A DNA stretch of 64,000 bases, from assembly GCA_048772705.1 (NCBI GenBank), contig JBLWGC010000092.1:124001-188000 (forward strand), given 5' to 3'. Each line of letters opens with the position of its first letter. Position 1 is the first letter of the stretch. A program made the position numbers and the translations under genes. The notes below the pieces were generated by a model. That model was not told where the DNA came from, made no database searches, and saw only the letters and a list, made by a program, of their open reading frames with translations. Positions 47,586 through 60,800 of the stretch are shown here, piece by piece. The stretch is from Leidyana gryllorum EB-2025a (Eukaryota; Protista; Apicomplexa).

Positions 47586-48789
47586 ATGTATCAGCAGCAG
47601 GGTGGCGCTTCAAGTCAAACTCAAACTCAGACTCAGTCTGCGGTGCACACATTGGCGGACCTCCGTCAAGCGACTCAAGCTGTTCCCGAAAGTCGGCACT
47701 CTTCGTTTCAACCATTTGTCGCCGGGACGCAAGCTTATTCAACGGGTCTCGAGTATTCCAGTGGTGAAGCAACGCACAATGGGATGCGAATCATCGGAGA
47801 ACAAGTGAGTTGTGATTGTGTTGGACTGTTGAACATTATTGCTGCGTTGACAGACTATTGAACATGAGGTGACAGTGCCCAAGAAGATTATGGTAGAAGA
47901 GACTATTCACAAAACGATCGTCGTTCCTGAGACTATAGTGACTGAGAAGACGATCGAGGAGACCCATAAGGTACGAGAACGTATTGTCAAAGTGGCCAAG
48001 GAGGTCTATGTGGACAAAATTGTTGAGGAGCCGGTGATTGAGGTTGTCGAGAAGATCATTGAAAAGGAGGAAATTCAGATTGTCTATGAAGAGAAAGCGG
48101 TCGAGAAGGTTCAACTTCAAGAAGTGGTCGTAGAACGCCGAGTCCCGGTGGAAACTATCAAGCGAGTGGAATACGACAACCCTCAGTATGTACACGTGGA
48201 GCAGATCAGACAAGTCGAGGTGCCAGAGACCAAACTTGTGTATAAAGATGTCCCCGTGCCAGTGGATCAATATGTCACGGTAGGAGCTGACGACAATGCC
48301 GCCCAACCCCAATTGACTGATCCTGTTATAGGTGGACGTCCCGGTGGTCAAAGAGGTGGAGGTCTTCCAGGAGGTCCCTCGCATAGTTCCGACCGGCCTT
48401 GAACAAGTCATTCACCAGACTTACATCCTGCCTGAGCTGCAGAGTGAGGTTGAGGAGGTCCCGTACCCTGTCTTTGTGCCCAAGTTTACTGAGGTCCCTG
48501 TGCCCATAGATACATTGACCGAAGAGGTAGGCCGGCGGGACTTTGTGTTCTTATTCATAATGTACTAATAATGTCGCAGGGCAAGTTGCAAGCAGAGAAC
48601 CTCGCCAGACAAGTCATGATGGCCACTGCTCAACAAATGCCGAGTTTGTGTGTACTCGAAGATTTGGGCCACCAAGCCAAGAAAGTTATGCCACAGCGGG
48701 AGACCAATCCTCGCGTGCTCCAAGAACGTCACGCTGAGATGATTCGAAAAGTTCAGGCCGGCGACCAGGCACCTCAAGCATCCACTTAG
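47586..48789 (+). CDS. Alveolin / IMC-family protein 2 (tandem paralog); 3 introns
   Basis: DKIVEEPVIEVVEK, QVEVPE repeats; shares QQMPSLCV(I/L)E(E/D)LG with the upstream paralog. Confidence 0.88.
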
Positions 48790-51154
48790 ACGGACACCAC
48801 GCTATCTGTATGATGAAGTCTCCAGTGTGTGTGCACCCGCCGTTCTTTGATCTCGAAGAGGAACACGACCGCTACCAACAGAGTTATCCCCGCCATCATC
48901 GGCAACCGCACTGCATTAGACAATAGGACACGCGTTACACACACAAACTATCCAACTGACCTGACAATCCACACATTTCATTCCCACCCTCAGCGGTATG
49001 CCAAATTGCGACAATGGCCAGTCTAGCGATCAGAGGTGTGAACCAGAAAGCGAACAGCAGGTAGGACATGGCCAACCGGCTTTCATTCAAGGCGAAGGTC
49101 TGCAAGCCAAAGGAGACCGCTGAGGGGGAAAAGAGAACTTGGTGCAGAATGTTGAATATCAGTGAACCAATGATCCCCAACCAGCGACCGAACGAGTGCT
49201 GCGAGATTTCAGACAAACTGTGCGGCGGCAATGACTAAATGAACCTCACCTCCAGAATCTCTGTGCATCCTTCGCGGTAGAGGGTGACTGCTAACATTAT
49301 GCCAGGAACACCCAGGCACACTGTCTGAAGAAAGGCAACCACTGCGTGCATCGATGTGCGGTGCCAAAAGCGATTGAACAGATAACCGGGAACTACTCCA
49401 AATACCGCCAAGGCGGAAGTAGCGCATAAAAGGCCAGCGGCCCAACCATTAGAGGCATTCTTGCTGTAAAACAACAACTGGGCAGTCTCGGAATAAAAGA
49501 AGAAGCCCAGCGATAACCACGTGAAGAACAAAAGCGCATATAAGAAATCCCGACGGAAACCTGGACAATTCTTCAGGTGATAGCGGATAGATTTGATGTT
49601 ATCAGCGGCTCCTCGCGGTACTTCCGATATTGCAGCATGCACCCGTCGAGGTGGTAACCCACCATTGTACAATCTCAAACATAAAATTGCCTTTTTGTGT
49701 TCATGACGTCTCAAGTGGCCTGCCAGTCGCCGTTGTAAAGGGGGTCGCACAATTCATGCAACGCCTAATCACACTCACACTCGCGCACACACTCGCAACA
49801 CACATCCAAAGTCAGTGATTAACAGCACAGTGCCTCCTGTTCCACGACCGACCAGTCAGCTGATCGATCACTTTGGGGACAAACAGCACTTACCCGCCAC
49901 AGAGTCGTCGACCTTCATGAGATTTGACCGGAAAATGATATATACCACTCCGGCTAGTATCAGTCCCGCAATGGACTTGGCGGTGTAGGCGTTTTCAGTG
50001 GGTCGCGGAAACCATCCTGCCGACGTTGGCTCTGTCGTATACACCAAGACGATAGCGGACAGCATCGTATTGATGGTGAAGCCAATGCAGAAGGATCCAA
50101 CCACCATCGCCCCCGCCATGTCCATGAAATGACAAATAAGTGATTCATACAGAAACAAGGCAACTGCCCACATTGTGATCCCTGATGCGGCCCCATCTAG
50201 GATTCTATTGACCAGCAGACTCCAAATATTGGCATCGACAATAGCGACAGTGTTGCCAATTATATGCAGCCACATCGACAATCGGATGAGTCTGAGTCTC
50301 CGACAGTCCCGAAGCGGAGTATAATGAAGGATTAAAGCAACGAGGCCAGCAGCAGCAACAAAAGGTCCCTCAACGAAGAGCTGCCACCACAGTGTGGGCA
50401 ACTCATGGTGAATGGGGGAATCTGGCCGCGCACGATTGAAACCCACAATAACAAGGGGCGATACGGTTAACATCATACGCAGGATTTGAGCCGAGGGGTG
50501 TGTAGACACTCGATCCATCTTGGAAATGAGTACCGAAATGTTACTGGTAGTGTCTTCGCTCTGTTTGCGGCAACAGCACCCTCGAGTTTGTTCACTCGGA
50601 ATTACACTTCCGCCATCTATTTCTGGCTCTTGAACACTCACACTGTACTCTATTTCATTCCGTTCGTCGGGAGGAAGGCCAAAGTAGACGCGCTGAGTAT
50701 CATAGAACCGAGGATTGGCGCCCTCCTCTGCCAGCTTTATCGAGCTGGTGGACTCCATCTCTGCTCTCGGCGATTGAGGCGGTAACTCCATACCGAGGCT
50801 CGACCGTCGGGGTGAAGACCTTTGATACGAGGCTCCGCGGCTTCTGCTGTTTGTGCGGGAACGTCTCCGAGTGTCCGTAGAAGATCTTCTTCGCTCATGG
50901 CGATAAGGTCCACTCAAGCTGAAAGGTCCTGAACCCCCTCCACCAGCCGTCAAAGCGGCTGTCAGCCCAGCCGCACTGGTCTGCTTGAACTCCAATGGTG
51001 AATTCTCGAGGTCGTATATTGCTTCAGCCAAATGCACATCTCCAACGTAAATCGAACGGCTATCTGTAACCTCACCGGGTCCGCCCTCTCCTCCAATTTC
51101 TCCGAATTCCTCTGTTGAGGAGAACGGTGGGGCATAAAGGGGGCTCGGGCGCAT
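48786..51154 (-). CDS. Divergent MFS-like multi-pass transporter with long cytosolic N-terminus, multi-exon
   Basis: About 12 hydrophobic segments; LLVNRILDGAASG and LFLYES resemble MFS TM4/TM5 motifs. Confidence 0.7.
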
Positions 51155-51162
51155 TTTTGCTA

Positions 51163-52140
51163 TCAGGCAACTGTACTGGGGATGCCACTGGCGGCGCCCT
51201 GAGGTTCTCTATCTTTGGGGCTGCCTAACTGCTGGGCTTCAATGTCGCTGAGGGAGAGCTGGTCTTGGGGCAACCGAACTGCCTCGCGGTACGAGAACCG
51301 TTCGGCCACTCGCCGGACGCGTCGCCGATCATAAATTGCCTGAGCCGCTGGCTTCATCTCCAAGGGGAAATAGAAACTGCAACAGATCCAGGCCGTGACC
51401 ATGCCAATGATCGAACCTGCAACCACATCAGAAGGGTGATGTCGATAGTCGCTTGTTCGGGAAACAGCTACTGCTGTAGGGACTGACAAGATGCCAAAGG
51501 GGATCACCAAACGCCAGCTGCCTATGTTACGGAACAGGCACAACTTGGAGTAGGCCCACAGCGCTACAAAACCCATTTGCGCAAAACTCATCACAGAGTG
51601 TGCAGAAGGGAAAGACTGGCGACCATCCTCCAAAGCTGCTTCAGAAAGCTTCGTATGCCCTGTGCAGTCCGGTATCTCCGGAATATCTTCCCAAGAAGTC
51701 CATCCAAACGCCTTCATCCAGTCATGGTAATCGTTCATCCCGAAACACCGTGCAAGATAGTCAGGCCGGGGCCGTCCGTACATTCGCTTCACCAGTTCAC
51801 AGATCAGCCATCCAAATGCCGCAGACAGCGAGATGCCCAACATGTACGTCGTCACTTCTTCGGCTATCCCCGTCCAGTCCCAATGACCCATATAACGTAG
51901 CAGAAACACTCCTAACAAGAGAATGCTGATCGCCATGACAGCTAGTAAAACGGTAGCAGCTGCTTCGCTGAACATCTGTCGCTCTTCGTATGGATACGCA
52001 TATTTGCTCCAATCATTGCCTTGGACTCGTCGCACAAAAGGGTGGTATGTGGATCGAAATATGATAGTGGCTACGATTACTGCTAATCGTGCCGCAATTT
52101 CGAGGGTCAGATATGTCTTGTTCAAAAGGAAGGGGGGCAT
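51163..52140 (-). CDS. PAP2-family lipid phosphate phosphatase (DPP1/LPP-like), intronless
   Basis: KRMYGRPRPD, SFPSAHS, SRTSDYRHHPSDV. Confidence 0.93.
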   Translation of the reverse strand: MPPFLLNKTYLTLEIAARLAVIVATIIFRSTYHPFVRRVQGNDWSKYAYPYEERQMFSEAAATVLLAVMAISILLLGVFLLRYMGHWDWTGIAEEVTTYMLGISLSAAFGWLICELVKRMYGRPRPDYLARCFGMNDYHDWMKAFGWTSWEDIPEIPDCTGHTKLSEAALEDGRQSFPSAHSVMSFAQMGFVALWAYSKLCLFRNIGSWRLVIPFGILSVPTAVAVSRTSDYRHHPSDVVAGSIIGMVTAWICCSFYFPLEMKPAAQAIYDRRRVRRVAERFSYREAVRLPQDQLSLSDIEAQQLGSPKDREPQGAASGIPSTVA

Positions 52141-52178
52141 CTGCGCTTTATAAAAAGATTGCCAAAAGGATATTTTGT

Positions 52179-55100
52179 CTAAGCACTATCCCCAGTGCTC
52201 TGGGCGGACAAAGGGACCTCGGGTTCGCCTGCTGCTTTGACGAGCGACGAAAAAATCGAATCAGGGTTCTTCAGAAGCTCAGCCGGAGTTCCGTACTCAG
52301 CAATCGTTCCGCGATCCATCACCACAATCTGACATGGTGGTGATACACTGTCATCGTACAAACACACGCGTGCTCACCTTATCGTAGTCAAGAACTGTTG
52401 CGATGCGATGAGCAATGGTGACTATAGTACAGTTTGCAAAACACCGCCTGATCGTCTGCTGGATGGCGGCATCAGTCTGAGGATCCACAGCACTCGTGGC
52501 TTCGTCCAGTAACAGAATGCGACTGTCGCGTAGCAGCACTCTGGTTAAGCAGAACAGTTGACGTTGGCCAATGCTGAAGTTGGAGCCCTCCTCTCGCAAG
52601 GGCGTTTCGAGACCGTCTGGCAAGTCTCTGATGACCTGTGCCAGGCAGGCGTCGTCCAAAGCCTCCCAAATTTGAGAATCAGTACGGATTCCCATGGGAT
52701 CCAAACTATCGCGCACAGAACCAGTGAAAAGGACAGGATCCTGAGGGATGACCCCGAGTCGACTGCGCATTTCTTGAACATTAAGGGATTGCAGATCGAC
52801 TCCGTCGATCTCGATGCTGCCGATAGTGGGCTCGACCAGTCGAAGTAGAGTTGAAATGATGGATGACTTTCCAGCCCCTGTTCTCCCAACGATTCCGACC
52901 TGATGCGGAGTGATGTGTGTCAAAATCTCTGTAGGATTGAGAGTAAGTAGCTCACCCTTTCACCAGCGTTTATAGTGAGGTTGATATCTCGAAGAGCCCA
53001 AGGCAAATTGGGTCTATATTGTAAACTTAAATTCTCGATGTCGATCTGTCCTCGTGAGGGCCAGTCTTTGGGTAAAGTAGTGGTGACGGGGAATTTGCTT
53101 CCCTCCTGTGGCACACTTTCTTCGCTGCAGTACTCGCTGACTCTCTCCACGGACACTATGTTCGACTCCCGGACTCTGCAGTTGCATATTGATTGCTTTT
53201 GAAGAAAGAGAGCCCACCCTGAAACGCGGACAAGTTCGTTGAGCGCCGAGGTTACAGTGAGCGCATAAGTTATGGCGAGACCGGCGACACCACCAGTGAT
53301 GGTTCCAGCCCCAATGACAGAGCAGAAAGCAGCACAGGCAACAACAATGCTACCGGTGAGCTCAAGTCGTACCGAAAGCCATCGATTCGCCATTACGTTG
53401 AGGAGATTGGCCCCCATGGCTGCTTGTAGGTGGTTGTATCCCATTTCGGTGAACCACTTCATCTTGCCATAGGCCCTGATAGTCGGAAGGCCATCCAATG
53501 TTTCAGTAAAGTGAGTGACAATGGGCGATCGAAGTGTTGAGTCGATACGTTTGAGCTGTCGGGCAATGTTGATGAACTGTCGCTGGATAGCATTGTACAC
53601 AATGCCGAGGGGAGCGAGGACAATGATGGAGTAGGGTAGAGCGAGCACCACCACGCCCACAGAACACAACACCGTACATATCTGTCTCAGATAACTGTAG
53701 AGGTTATCTGGTATCGCATTATCAATAACAAACAGATCCTTGGAAAACCGGTTTAGGATACGTCCAACCGGAGTGGATTCAAAGAAAGTCATCGTGGCTC
53801 CGGTTATTTGTTTCAACATATTGTCGTGGAACCCTCGAGCAGCTCGTTGACTTCCACAAGCGAGCAGATAAGCTGAACACGACGCAGTGAAGACCGAACA
53901 CAGAGAGATGCACGAGTACAACAATATGCCTCGAAGTGCTGATACATATCGTGGATCGGAACCGTCCATTGTGTGATTCGTCCAGTAACTCAACCACACG
54001 GTCGAGCCTGCCTCCACCAGTTGTGCCAACACACATGTCACAATCAATGACAGCACCAGCAGTAACCCTCCAGCCATTATAATGTACTCTCTGTACACAC
54101 TCCAGGCAACAGCACCTGTTTCAACGTGTTCCTTCACTAACAACCCGGAATCTGCCGCCTTGGAAGATACTTCACCATCCTCACTCACGCCGGTATGTTC
54201 ATCATGAGGATTTCGGCGCGACCGAATACTCATCACACTGCGAGGCTCGTCCACACACGCTATCAGTTCATCTGTGCCCTGAGCTGTCTCCTCCGCAGGC
54301 TGAGAAATGTCCCCACAGGACTCCAACAGCGAGTTGGAAGAGATCAGTGAGCTTGTCAGTGACTGCATCATCCGGGCTCTCTGGTTTGCTGGAATCATCT
54401 GAAGGGTCTCTGCGGATAACGCCCGGAAACTCTCATCGTCCAGCGCTTGGCTCAGAGAGGAGAAGTGTTTGCCTTGGCCTCCGTCCAAGAAAATGATCTG
54501 ATCGGCCCGAGACAGAGTCTCCAAACGATGGGTCACAAATACGATGCACTTGTTCTTCAACATTCCTTCGAAAACGTGCTCAAAGATGTGCTCCGCAACG
54601 TGAGTGTCCACAGCACTCAATACATCGTCGAGTACATAGACATCCGCATTACGATACACCGCACGTGCCAGGGAAACCCGGTGTTTTTGACCACCCGAAA
54701 GATTGATCCCTCTCTCGCCGATTTCAGTCAGATCTCCGTGCACCAACATCTCTAAATCCGCCTCCAAAGCGCACGCCCGAATGACGTTCATGTACCTCTC
54801 TGATTCATACGGCAGACCAAACAAGATGTTCTCTCGCAAGGTGACCGAGCGTACCCATGGCAACTGATTTCAAGTAAACTTCGAGCCACTCAGACCCTTA
54901 CCTGTGTACAGTACGCCACTGTGCCATGCACAAAGGTGTCCCCAAACACTGGTTGAATCTCGCCTGTGATAGCACTCAAGAGAGTAGACTTCCCAACACC
55001 GGTACGCCCCACAATGGCAGTCAAGTGGCAGTTAGGCGCCACCGAGATGCTTATGCCATCAAGCACTGGCTTCTGGTCGGGATATTGAATCCGCAACGAC

Positions 55101-57202
55101 TCAACTTCGACCACGTTGGTATCAGGCAGGATCGGAATGTACTGTTGAGGGGGCACCTCCGGCAACTCCAAGAAAGTCTGGCGTGTTCCGCATAAGTGAT
55201 CTCATCTCTGCTAATAATGTAGCTCACCCGTAATCGTTTCGCAGTGATCTGAGCATCGAGTAGCTGATTGATCGTATTGGGCAGTTGGTTGAGTGGGCCC
55301 CGAAGCACATTGAACAAAGCAATGGAGGTGAAAACCACCGCAGGAGTCAGCGACTCCCCCAAGACCAGCGCGAAGTAGGAAAAGGCGCTGATCGTAGTGA
55401 GTGCGGGAACGAATGCCCACTGAACCTTCATCAGGAGTTGCAACATCTGCAACTTCCACTTCTGAGTCAACTCCCGCGACCGGACATTCATCACCCTGCT
55501 CATGAATTCCGGTTCCCAGGCGTAGAGTTTGACAGCTTTAATTCCGAACAGAAGCTCATTTGTTGCTGTCATGCGCTCATCTCGGATTCTCATCTGCACC
55601 CGTCGCGCTTTTCGTAAGCGCGTACGAACAATGTCTACAAAATATCACAAAATGGCACACACGTGTGTGCGCTTACTTGACAGAGGTATTGCGATGAGCA
55701 TCACCCCCAAAGCGACGAACGCGGCGCTCTGGATTTGTGTATATAGGAGATAGGTGGCCATGGTGAATTGATAGGGGAAAGAGCAGAACACATAGACACA
55801 TTGTATCATATCCGGTAGCCTTTCAACGTCAATGCTGATCAGGTTGACCACCTGGCCAGATGAAGGTCCAATTTGATCGTTTTCGCGATCTGGACGTCTC
55901 GGAATATCAATGGCATCTACGATTTGTACCAGCGTCTGAAAGTACACTGAATGTACCCACCTCGTTGTACAAGCAGGAATTTGTTGTAGACGGCGCTGCT
56001 CATTGCACTCTTGATCATCAATTGCAGACGCCATTGTCGGATCTGGTGTTGATTGAGCGTCAGAGCGCCAGCTAAAGACGCAGAGACCATCAAGATGACT
56101 TCAGCAATACCAAGAAAGACTGAAGGGCTGTGGTAATGAGCACGGAGATCAAGGGATAAGCTCGGATTGGTGGCGTACCTGTCTTCGTCACCGATAGCCT
56201 TGGCTGTGACATATTTGACGACCAAACTTAAGAACACCGGGGACATGAGATTCAGCGTGTCCGTCAAGAGTTTCCAGAATGTAGCAACAGCAAGATCCAG
56301 AGCGCAGAAGCGGAAGACTGCCAGTGAGAAGATCCAGTCAGATCGCCAGCGAGGGCGACGGGACCATATGGCATCCCACCGATCGAATAGCACTTCGGGC
56401 AATTCGTCGTCAACCAGATCATAGAGATCATCTGGCTCGAGAGGTCTCTCATTTGCGAGGTTGACCAATGGAGTGAGCCATTGCAAGATGACTAGATGCA
56501 GAAGAGACGCCTTCTGTTCAGGGGATTTGGGTCGGTTGAGACGAGGAGTCTCGCGACTTCTCTCAACGGTGGGACCACAGCGAGCCCACTTGCGGGGCAG
56601 ACTGAGGCCAAAGACAGCACCGATAGCGCAAAGAGTTCGCAAGACATGTACAGTGGCACTCAGCTTGCCCATGGGACCGCTCCGCCAATCGGCCAAGATG
56701 CGATATACTGTAGCACAAATGCTGATGATCCAACCGATACGGAGACCTCGAACGGTCTCGTCTGGCACATCTTCGAGAGTCTCGAGCTCTTCCTCATCTT
56801 CTTCGATATCCTGATACGAGGGAGGAGGGAACTCGGCACCTGTTCGGTTGCAGATGGACTCACATGTTGGCGAATGAAGGACGCGGCCCCAGCGCCCCAG
56901 GCAAATCCCGCAACGCTGAGGGTGATCTGAGAGACGAGAAGCTGAGAGCCGAGAGCAACTTTAGTTCCGATTGCGCAGATTCCCAGTAGGGCTGCGAGAT
57001 TGATGAGAGCGAACAGGATGGCGCATCCTTGGCGACACAAAATCCAGGTCACCCCCCAAAGTCTTCGTGGTCTGCTACCAGAGAGCAATCGTTCCCTCAA
57101 CTCAGATCTCTTTTGAGGACATCTTAGACGGTATATAGGGCGCAGAAGGGTCAGAAGGGGCAAGACCGCCACTAGGGTATCCCAAATCTGCCCAACCACC
57201 AT
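52179..57202 (-). CDS. ABCC/MRP-family ABC transporter, multi-exon
   Basis: Two NBDs ([14 protein letters not shown]; [22 protein letters not shown]), [14 protein letters not shown]-terminal extra TM region. Confidence 0.95.
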
Positions 57203-57882
57203 CGGCTTGTGTTTTTTTCGCTATGAGCATCAATCCTGAGCAGCTGGGCCAACGAGTTGATCCTAAGGTGAGTTGAGGGTTACCTGCGGTCACTACGTGT
57301 CGTGAATGCAGAAAGCTGCTGAAGCTCGCCAGAGGGAAGAGTGAGTCGGGCAACTAAGTACTGAGAGACCCATTCTACTCATCTATGCAGAGAATTGGCT
57401 GAGAGAAGGAGACTGGCGCTGCGAGCACTACTCGCACCTGAAGCCAGCGAGCGATGTGAGTGACTGACTGAGTGACTGAGTGATTGGCTGCGTGTGTATG
57501 GCTGTTTACTACTCCAGTCAAGGACTCGGTTATGTTGTTCTGCAGTGGCTAGGGTGGCTATGGTGAAGCCAGAGCGGGCTCAGGTGGTCGAGAATCATAT
57601 ACTACAGGTAGGACGAAGGCGATTGAGGGTGAAAACCCGTTCTGATTATTTCGGTTAGAACGGAGCCCGGCTGAGCGGAGGCGATAAGATAACGGAGGCT
57701 CAATTAGTTGCATTGCTGAGTCAGTTCGGAGAGGAAGCTCGGGGGCCAAAAGTGACTGTAAGTGCCATCGTAGACAATTAGGAGCGAACGAACCGGTCGG
57801 TATGTGCAGATCAATCGAAGGCGAGGCATTGATGACAGTGATAGTGATTCTTGGTAGAAAAAAAACCTTTCTGTAGCTTCGA

Positions 57883-60800
57883 ATGGCGAACCAACAACAA
57901 CGCGTGCGGCGCCCTGATAAGGAAGAAGGGCGACGGAGGCCCGTATCCTCCAGCCCGCAGGTATCTACTAATGCAAACTATCGTCGAAAGTCGTGCTTAT
58001 GGGAGGACGCGAAAGTACCAGAAGACATCAGGAGCGAATTGCTTCCAGAATTGAAGGCCATCGTAGAGGAGGTCGTCACGCCGAACTGCGTCAACCAGCT
58101 CCTCTCCGTTGTCGCTCTCTGGCATCCCAGGTTACCAGGCGAAGTGGTGTCTGATTATCAGAGCCTTCGACTACTCAAAAGGGGCTTTCTGCTTCCTGCT
58201 AATGACTTGGCTGAGATAGTATGGAAAATTGGAACACAACCCGAGCTCATACGCTTGCTCTCCGAACGAGGCCCTGACTTTGGCCTGTCCCTACTCCTGA
58301 TACTTGAGCTCTGTTTCCAAGTTGCCTTCTGTCTACGAAAACCAGCGCACGGCGTTCGTAGCGTGAATCACGAGTCAAAGAGGAACTATGCTGCCATCGT
58401 TACCAACTGTCCGAAGCTGATGGAGATATTGTCCCTGCATCTGGACTGTCCTCCTCTTAGACCTCGGTTTATCAGGAAATTCGCGCTCACTTGTTTGGGC
58501 TTCTTGTACCATCGCAAGTTCCCAAGCGCCTGTCTCACTCGCTTCTTTCAGCTACACTTCTTTGTCAATCCGGGCGCACGCAAGCACGTGTTCGAGAAAC
58601 ATCCCATCAAATTGGACCGCGCTCATTACCTGCCCAAGGCAGCGGCCGAAGCCGTCGAAGAATTCTTGTGGGCTAAAGCCAACCAACTCAGCCTCGGAGG
58701 CCCAGCCGAGATGTCCCGACCGATAAACGCAAAGGGTGAAATTGTTGTCGACTCTCAGCGTGCCGCCATGGCAGTGGTGTTTGAGAGGCTAAACCATGTC
58801 GCTCGCAGCCTGTTTGGGACAAGCCTGTGTCTCTACGGCTCGGCCGCCAGTGGTTTTGCCACCTGTCACTCAGACGTGGACGTAGTTCTGCAGCTCGGCC
58901 GGTCGGGTGTCGAAACGATGCTGGAGGATTTACGACGCGTGCGCGCCGAAGGTGGTTTGGATATCAACCCTTTCCCCGCGAGGAAGCAAAATGGCTTCAC
59001 GCGCGTGTGCGAAGACTGGACCTGGACGGCTGAACGCCCGCCCCCGATAGTCGCTACCATCTGGGCCGGACGTAAGCTTGCCTGGGCTTGCCATCGTTTG
59101 TACGGATGGGATGTCCGTTGTGTCCAGCACGCGTACGTACCAATCGTACGCATTATAGCGGCAGTGGACGACAACGGACGGCCACAGGCTGTCCCAGCCA
59201 TTTTCCGACCATTAGCTTCGCGCGAAGCGACATTCCGACTTTCGCTCGCCGACGCATTGCGCACAGAGAGCTGCAAGCACCTTCTAACGGCGCCTGGATG
59301 CTCTGAAGCGCTCATCACTCTGTGTAATTCTCCAGACGGCAGAAACAACGCCGTACTGCCGCTGCTCAAAGCAGTAGCGCATAATATCATCTGCGAAAAG
59401 CTCTACGCTTGTTGGGGACCTCCAGAGACGGATTCCCAGCTCACCGAGGCTGCATTGTGTTTTTACCATGCTCTGAAGGAGATGGAGGCCGAGAAGGTAA
59501 TGACACTCCCAGAGACCCAGAGTTTGCTAGAGTGTCTGAAAGTGTACGCGACCAATTGTGTCGACCCTTTCAATGACTTGACTCGAGGTCCAGGTTTGCC
59601 TGCGGGGTACCCCTGTGAGCTGGACGATGGTCGTCTCACGAAGGAATCCGATCTTCAATCTGAAGACCACCGTACGTTATGGTTGGTGGATGCGGACTGC
59701 AGCATGGATCGTTCTGTCGGTATCCACAATTCCCGTCTATTGAGGGCTTACGCGTCATGCGACCCTCGCGTGGTGGCTGTGACCCTTCTTATCAAACATT
59801 GGGCACGCAACCATGCAATCGGCGACGCTTACTCCGGCTATTTGTCAGGGTATCAGTGGACTTTGCTGGTCATTCATTACTTACAGCACTATTTGTGTGC
59901 CGCTCTTCCCCCCAAATTTGCGGATGATCCCGGCCTCAAGGAGCTGGAACTGTCTGGAAGACGTCCTAGTAATAAGAAGACTATGCTCCCCTTAGTTCCC
60001 AACCTACAACGAGATCCTCCGATACCAGGGTTCACCAAACCCACTGTGACCGTTCATGAGTTAGAAGGTGTCGCGGACGTCTTCTTCTACGAGCCGACAT
60101 TGGGAGCTAATCGCTCCCTCCCTCAAAACCTTCAGGAAGCTTGTCGTTCCGAGCCGACTCCAGAGGCTTCCCCTCCATCCTCCCCACGTCACTCATCCTT
60201 ATCCAAGCCCTGGCCGGAGGACAATTTGCTGCGGTCTGATCCTTTGGGTTACGCCTTCCAACTCTTAACGTGCCCTCATGAGATGAAGGCATCAGCTGCC
60301 AACCACACCAGTCCTGACGAACTTTGGCGGTGTCGGATTGCTAGTTGTCCGCGCCCGCCCCGAGGATCTCGACCAGGCAAACAAGCCTTCAATCAATGGG
60401 ACAAAGATCGCGCCGAAAATAAGGCTCAAATGATCAACAGTCACAACAACAAGCGCGGAAGCGTTTTATGCTCTGCATATCCAAGTTTGGATTTGCTGCG
60501 AGATGAGGTGTTCATCAATGACCACATCATGACGCGCAAGTCCCTTCAACTGCCGTTCCATAACGCTCTGACTCTCACAGAGCTCCTGTATGGATTCTTC
60601 GAATATTATGGCATGCGTTTCAACTTTGCAACTGACGTAAGTATCATGTGTGCTGTGAAGTGTGTGGGTATACATATGTGTGTCTCCTTGTAATATCACC
60701 GGCATCGCTCATTGGCATACTATTTTCACATGCCTCCACTTGCAGATGTCAGACATCGACCGAGTACCGCGGCTACCATCGTCAAAGAAGGAGTTCTTTG

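Noticed and set aside
46456-48411. Long minus-strand ORFs rich in F/L/D/H
   Set aside because: Antisense shadows of the V/E/K-biased alveolin codons
52140-52220. ABCC-PAP2 fusion by splicing to CAG|ATG
   Set aside because: Only a weak donor (GTCCCT) is available and both proteins are complete on their own; not supportable without RNA data
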